Shown here: positions 21,396 to 24,000 of the stretch, piece after piece
Position numbering within the stretch: position 1 is the stretch's first letter
Layout: every line of letters starts with the position of its first letter
DNA from: Paraflavisolibacter caeni
GTDB taxonomy: Bacteria; Bacteroidota; Bacteroidia; Chitinophagales; Chitinophagaceae
Assembly: GCF_025628885.1 (NCBI RefSeq)
Contig: NZ_JAOTIF010000001.1
Span: 763,751 to 787,750, forward strand
Length of the DNA: 24,000 nt
Reading direction: 5' to 3'
Position numbers and translations under genes: made by a program
The notes under the pieces: generated by a model
What the model saw: only the letters and a program-made list of their open reading frames with translations
What the model was told of the DNA's origin: nothing
The model's database searches: none

Positions 21396-22427
21396 ATGAA
21401 ACAGATTGTAGCAACTGTGCTTTCCCTTTTTATGTTTTCAACAGGGTTTTCTCAAATGGCTTTTCGAAAAGTGAGTGAAGAGATCATTGTGAATGATGGT
21501 CCATTTAAGGCATGTCATGCATCAAGTATTGTAGAACCATCGCCTGGTGAAATCCTGGTGTCCTTTTTCGCTGGTTCAAGGGAAGGAGACAAGGATGTTT
21601 GTATCTGGTTAACCGCTAAGCAAAACAACCAATGGACAAAACCCTATATCATTGCAGATGGTGTGATCAATGATACACTAAGGTATCCATGCTGGAATCC
21701 AGTGCTGTTCAAAGCAAAACAGGATCAATTATTTCTTTTTTATAAAGTAGGGCCTAATCCCCGGGAATGGTGGGGCATGGTGCGCACCTCGAAAGACAAT
21801 GGGAAAACCTGGAATCAACCCGAGCGGCTTCCTGCGGGCGTTTTGGGCCCTATCAAAAATAAGCCTGTCCAACTGGCGGATGGTACGATACTGAGCCCTT
21901 CAAGTGTGGAAACTGATAATACCTGGAAGGTGCATATTGAGAAATCTTCAGATTTAGGTAAAACCTGGAAAATCATTCCAGTAGATAGTAATAGTAAGTT
22001 TAAAGTAATTCAACCGAGCATTCTACAATATCCAAACAAGCGCTTGCAGATCGTTTGCAGGAGTGACCAGGATAGAGTCGTTTATGCATGGTCGCAGGAT
22101 AATGGTAATCAGTGGACGGCCTTATCCCGGTCAGAATTGCCAAATCCAAATTCCGGGACAGATGCTGTTACATTAAAAAACGGAATACAGCTGATTGTTT
22201 ACAATCCAACGGTCAAGGGTAAGGACTGGTGGAATAATCGCCAAAAACTGAATGTGGCTGTTTCTAAAGATGGCTTGAACTGGAAAGATGTATGCATTTT
22301 GGAAAACGGTTCGGATGAAGAATTTAGCTATCCGGCTGTAATCCAGGCAAAAGATGGGAAAATTCATATTACGTATACTTACAATAGAAAGAATATCAAA
22401 CATGTAGTGCTTGAAGCAGGTAAGTAA
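21396..22427 (+). CDS. Secreted BNR-repeat / sialidase-family protein
   Basis: Signal-peptide-like start MKQIVATVLSLFMFSTGFSQ. Four Asp-box-like repeats: SKDNGKTW, SSDLGKTW, SQDNGNQW, SKDGLNW. The ATG at 21396 is preferred to 21360. Confidence 0.8.
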   Translation: MKQIVATVLSLFMFSTGFSQMAFRKVSEEIIVNDGPFKACHASSIVEPSPGEILVSFFAGSREGDKDVCIWLTAKQNNQWTKPYIIADGVINDTLRYPCWNPVLFKAKQDQLFLFYKVGPNPREWWGMVRTSKDNGKTWNQPERLPAGVLGPIKNKPVQLADGTILSPSSVETDNTWKVHIEKSSDLGKTWKIIPVDSNSKFKVIQPSILQYPNKRLQIVCRSDQDRVVYAWSQDNGNQWTALSRSELPNPNSGTDAVTLKNGIQLIVYNPTVKGKDWWNNRQKLNVAVSKDGLNWKDVCILENGSDEEFSYPAVIQAKDGKIHITYTYNRKNIKHVVLEAGK

Positions 22428-22540
22428 CTTATCCACCATCATTCCACAAACTCATCTTTTTATCCACACAATTGGCGCAAATACCATTTCGCAATGTCTT
22501 AAACTGTATTTTGCCCGCCCAAAATTTTGGATAAAATACC

Positions 22541-24000
22541 ATGAAAGGCTCCGACATCAGCTTTTTGTTCGATACCGCCCCGGCATTGCACATGTTGCGC
22601 TTGCGCAATGCGCATTGGGTACTGCCTTTTTTGTACAAGGTGTTCAAGGAAAAATCTGTTTTCTCCCTGCCTGAATTTTCATTGACTACACTTCTAGCCG
22701 AAGCCCTTAGTTCTCAAAATGAAGGCGTAGAAGACTGGGAAGAAGCGAAGATCGAGTTTGGTGAGGATGAGGAAAGCCGCGCCCGCAAATACCTGCTCAA
22801 CTGGGTGCAAAAACGACTGTTGCAGGACTTTCCCGCAGCTGACGGCACAACCATGTACCAGCTGAGTGCACATACGGAAAAGGTGTTCCAGTGGTTGCAA
22901 ACCCTTAGCCGTCGCGACTTCGTGGGAACGGAGAGCCGGTTTAAAATGCTGTTCAACTCACTCCATGATATAGTTGAAAAAACTGAAGACGACCGTTTCA
23001 AACGCCTGGAAGAATTAAAGAGCAAGCGTGCCGACATCGACAGGGAAATCAACGCCCTGGAGCATGGTGCTTCCGTGGAAGTATACAGCAATGCCCAGGT
23101 AGCAGAACGCCTTGAAATGTTTACCCGCCTCTGTTACGAGCTGCTGGGCGACTTCCGCGAAGTAGAAGACAACTTCAGGCAGATCCACCGCAACATCGTT
23201 GAACAACACACGAAAGCCGAAGTGAATAAGGGCGCTATTGTTGGCTATGCCTTCGACGCCTATGATGCCCTGCGCAACAGCAACCAGGGACGCAGTTTCT
23301 ATGCTTTCTGGGACTTCCTGATTTCAAGAGCAGGGCAGGTGGAATGGCGGCAACTGACCAGCCAGTTATTGGAATTGCTCCAATTGAGGAATATTGATTC
23401 TGATTACTACTTCCTGGACAACATCAAATCCATGTTGCTGGAGCAGGGACGTGTGGTGTATGAGGCCAATGATAAAATGGCAGAAAAATTAAGCCGTATT
23501 ATCACGGAAAAGGAAATGGCGCAACACAAAAGACTGCGGCAGCAAATTGGAGGGATCAAGGAACTGGTGCTGCAATTAATGGACAACGATAGCGTTCCCT
23601 GCAGTATTCAGGTGGAAGGAGCTGCAGAAATCAGGTTGTCCATGGACAGGAGGCTGCAGCAGGAACCTAAAAACATGCCTTCAATGGTAAGGCAACCGGT
23701 AAGCGGTAGCGAGACGATTGAAGATATGGCTCGTTTCAGCCGCTTATTGAATGCTCCTTTTGTGGATAAGAAAAAATTGTGGCAGAACGTAGAAGATATA
23801 TTAAAAGATAAGCATACAGCTACTTTAAGAGAGATCATCGAAATCACCGGACTGGAATATGGCGTGGCAGAAGTGGTTGCCTACTTCTCTTTTGTTAAAG
23901 ACAAAGGAGGCAAGGCGCAGATCATGAGTAGCATGAGCGAACATATTGCCTTGAACAGCGAGAGTAACAAGTTTATAGAAGTACCCTATTTGTTGTTCAA
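22541..24000 (+). CDS. jetA: DUF3375 family protein, JetA-like kleisin subunit of a Wadjet (JetABCD) system; runs off the right edge
   Basis: Own translation, not in the supplied ORF track: MKGSDISFLFDTAPALHMLRLRNAHWVLPFLYKVFKEKSVFSLPEFSLTTLLAEALSSQNEGVEDWEEAKIEFGEDEESRARKYLLNWVQKRLLQDFPAADGTTMYQLSAHTEKVFQWLQTLSRRDFVGTESRFKMLFNSLHDIVEKTEDDRFKRLEELKSKRADIDREI... It is open for 486 codons to the window end, with an in-frame TAA just upstream at 22532. The LRLRNAHWVLPFLYKVFKE start, the central coiled-coil-like segment (RLEELKSKRADIDREINALE) and FYAFWDFLIS resemble DUF3375/JetA. Confidence 0.75.
   Translation, partial: MKGSDISFLFDTAPALHMLRLRNAHWVLPFLYKVFKEKSVFSLPEFSLTTLLAEALSSQNEGVEDWEEAKIEFGEDEESRARKYLLNWVQKRLLQDFPAADGTTMYQLSAHTEKVFQWLQTLSRRDFVGTESRFKMLFNSLHDIVEKTEDDRFKRLEELKSKRADIDREINALEHGASVEVYSNAQVAERLEMFTRLCYELLGDFREVEDNFRQIHRNIVEQHTKAEVNKGAIVGYAFDAYDALRNSNQGRSFYAFWDFLISRAGQVEWRQLTSQLLELLQLRNIDSDYYFLDNIKSMLLEQGRVVYEANDKMAEKLSRIITEKEMAQHKRLRQQIGGIKELVLQLMDNDSVPCSIQVEGAAEIRLSMDRRLQQEPKNMPSMVRQPVSGSETIEDMARFSRLLNAPFVDKKKLWQNVEDILKDKHTATLREIIEITGLEYGVAEVVAYFSFVKDKGGKAQIMSSMSEHIALNSESNKFIEVPYLLF

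Noticed and set aside
22694-23209. Minus-strand ORFs 22694-22900, 22714-23091 and 23015-23209 as the genes at the right edge
   Set aside because: They lie antisense to the long continuous + frame (22541 to the end), are short, and their protein sequences look non-native (low-complexity Ser/Arg mix). They are shadow ORFs of the jetA-like gene.

Overview
Chromosomal segment that looks like Bacteroidota (Chitinophagaceae-like), inferred from gene content, a TAnnTTTG-type promoter and protein style. From left to right: (1) the distal part of a complex I operon, nuoH-I-J-K-L-M-N (+), with a possible nuoG 3' end at the left edge; (2) a Cu/Zn superoxide dismutase-family lipoprotein (+), convergent with a TonB-family protein (-) across a near-ideal bidirectional terminator; (3) a biotin operon, bioB-bioF-bioD-bioA (+), ending in a ferritin-like diiron-type protein of unknown function; (4) a convergent, tightly overlapping thiamin operon (-), thiS-thiC-tenI/thiE-like-thiD-thiE-thiG-thiH, preceded by a clear TPP riboswitch; (5) an NAD(P)-dependent hydroxyisobutyrate-dehydrogenase-like protein and a secreted BNR/sialidase-like protein (+); (6) at the right edge, a long open reading frame absent from the supplied ORF track because it runs off the window. 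I read it as a DUF3375 protein, i.e. JetA, the kleisin-like subunit of a Wadjet (JetABCD) anti-plasmid SMC system. The main second-look items are the truncated Wadjet-like gene, the diiron protein in the biotin operon, and the TenI-like second ThiE paralogue in a thi operon with no visible thiF. Most of the rest is ordinary housekeeping.
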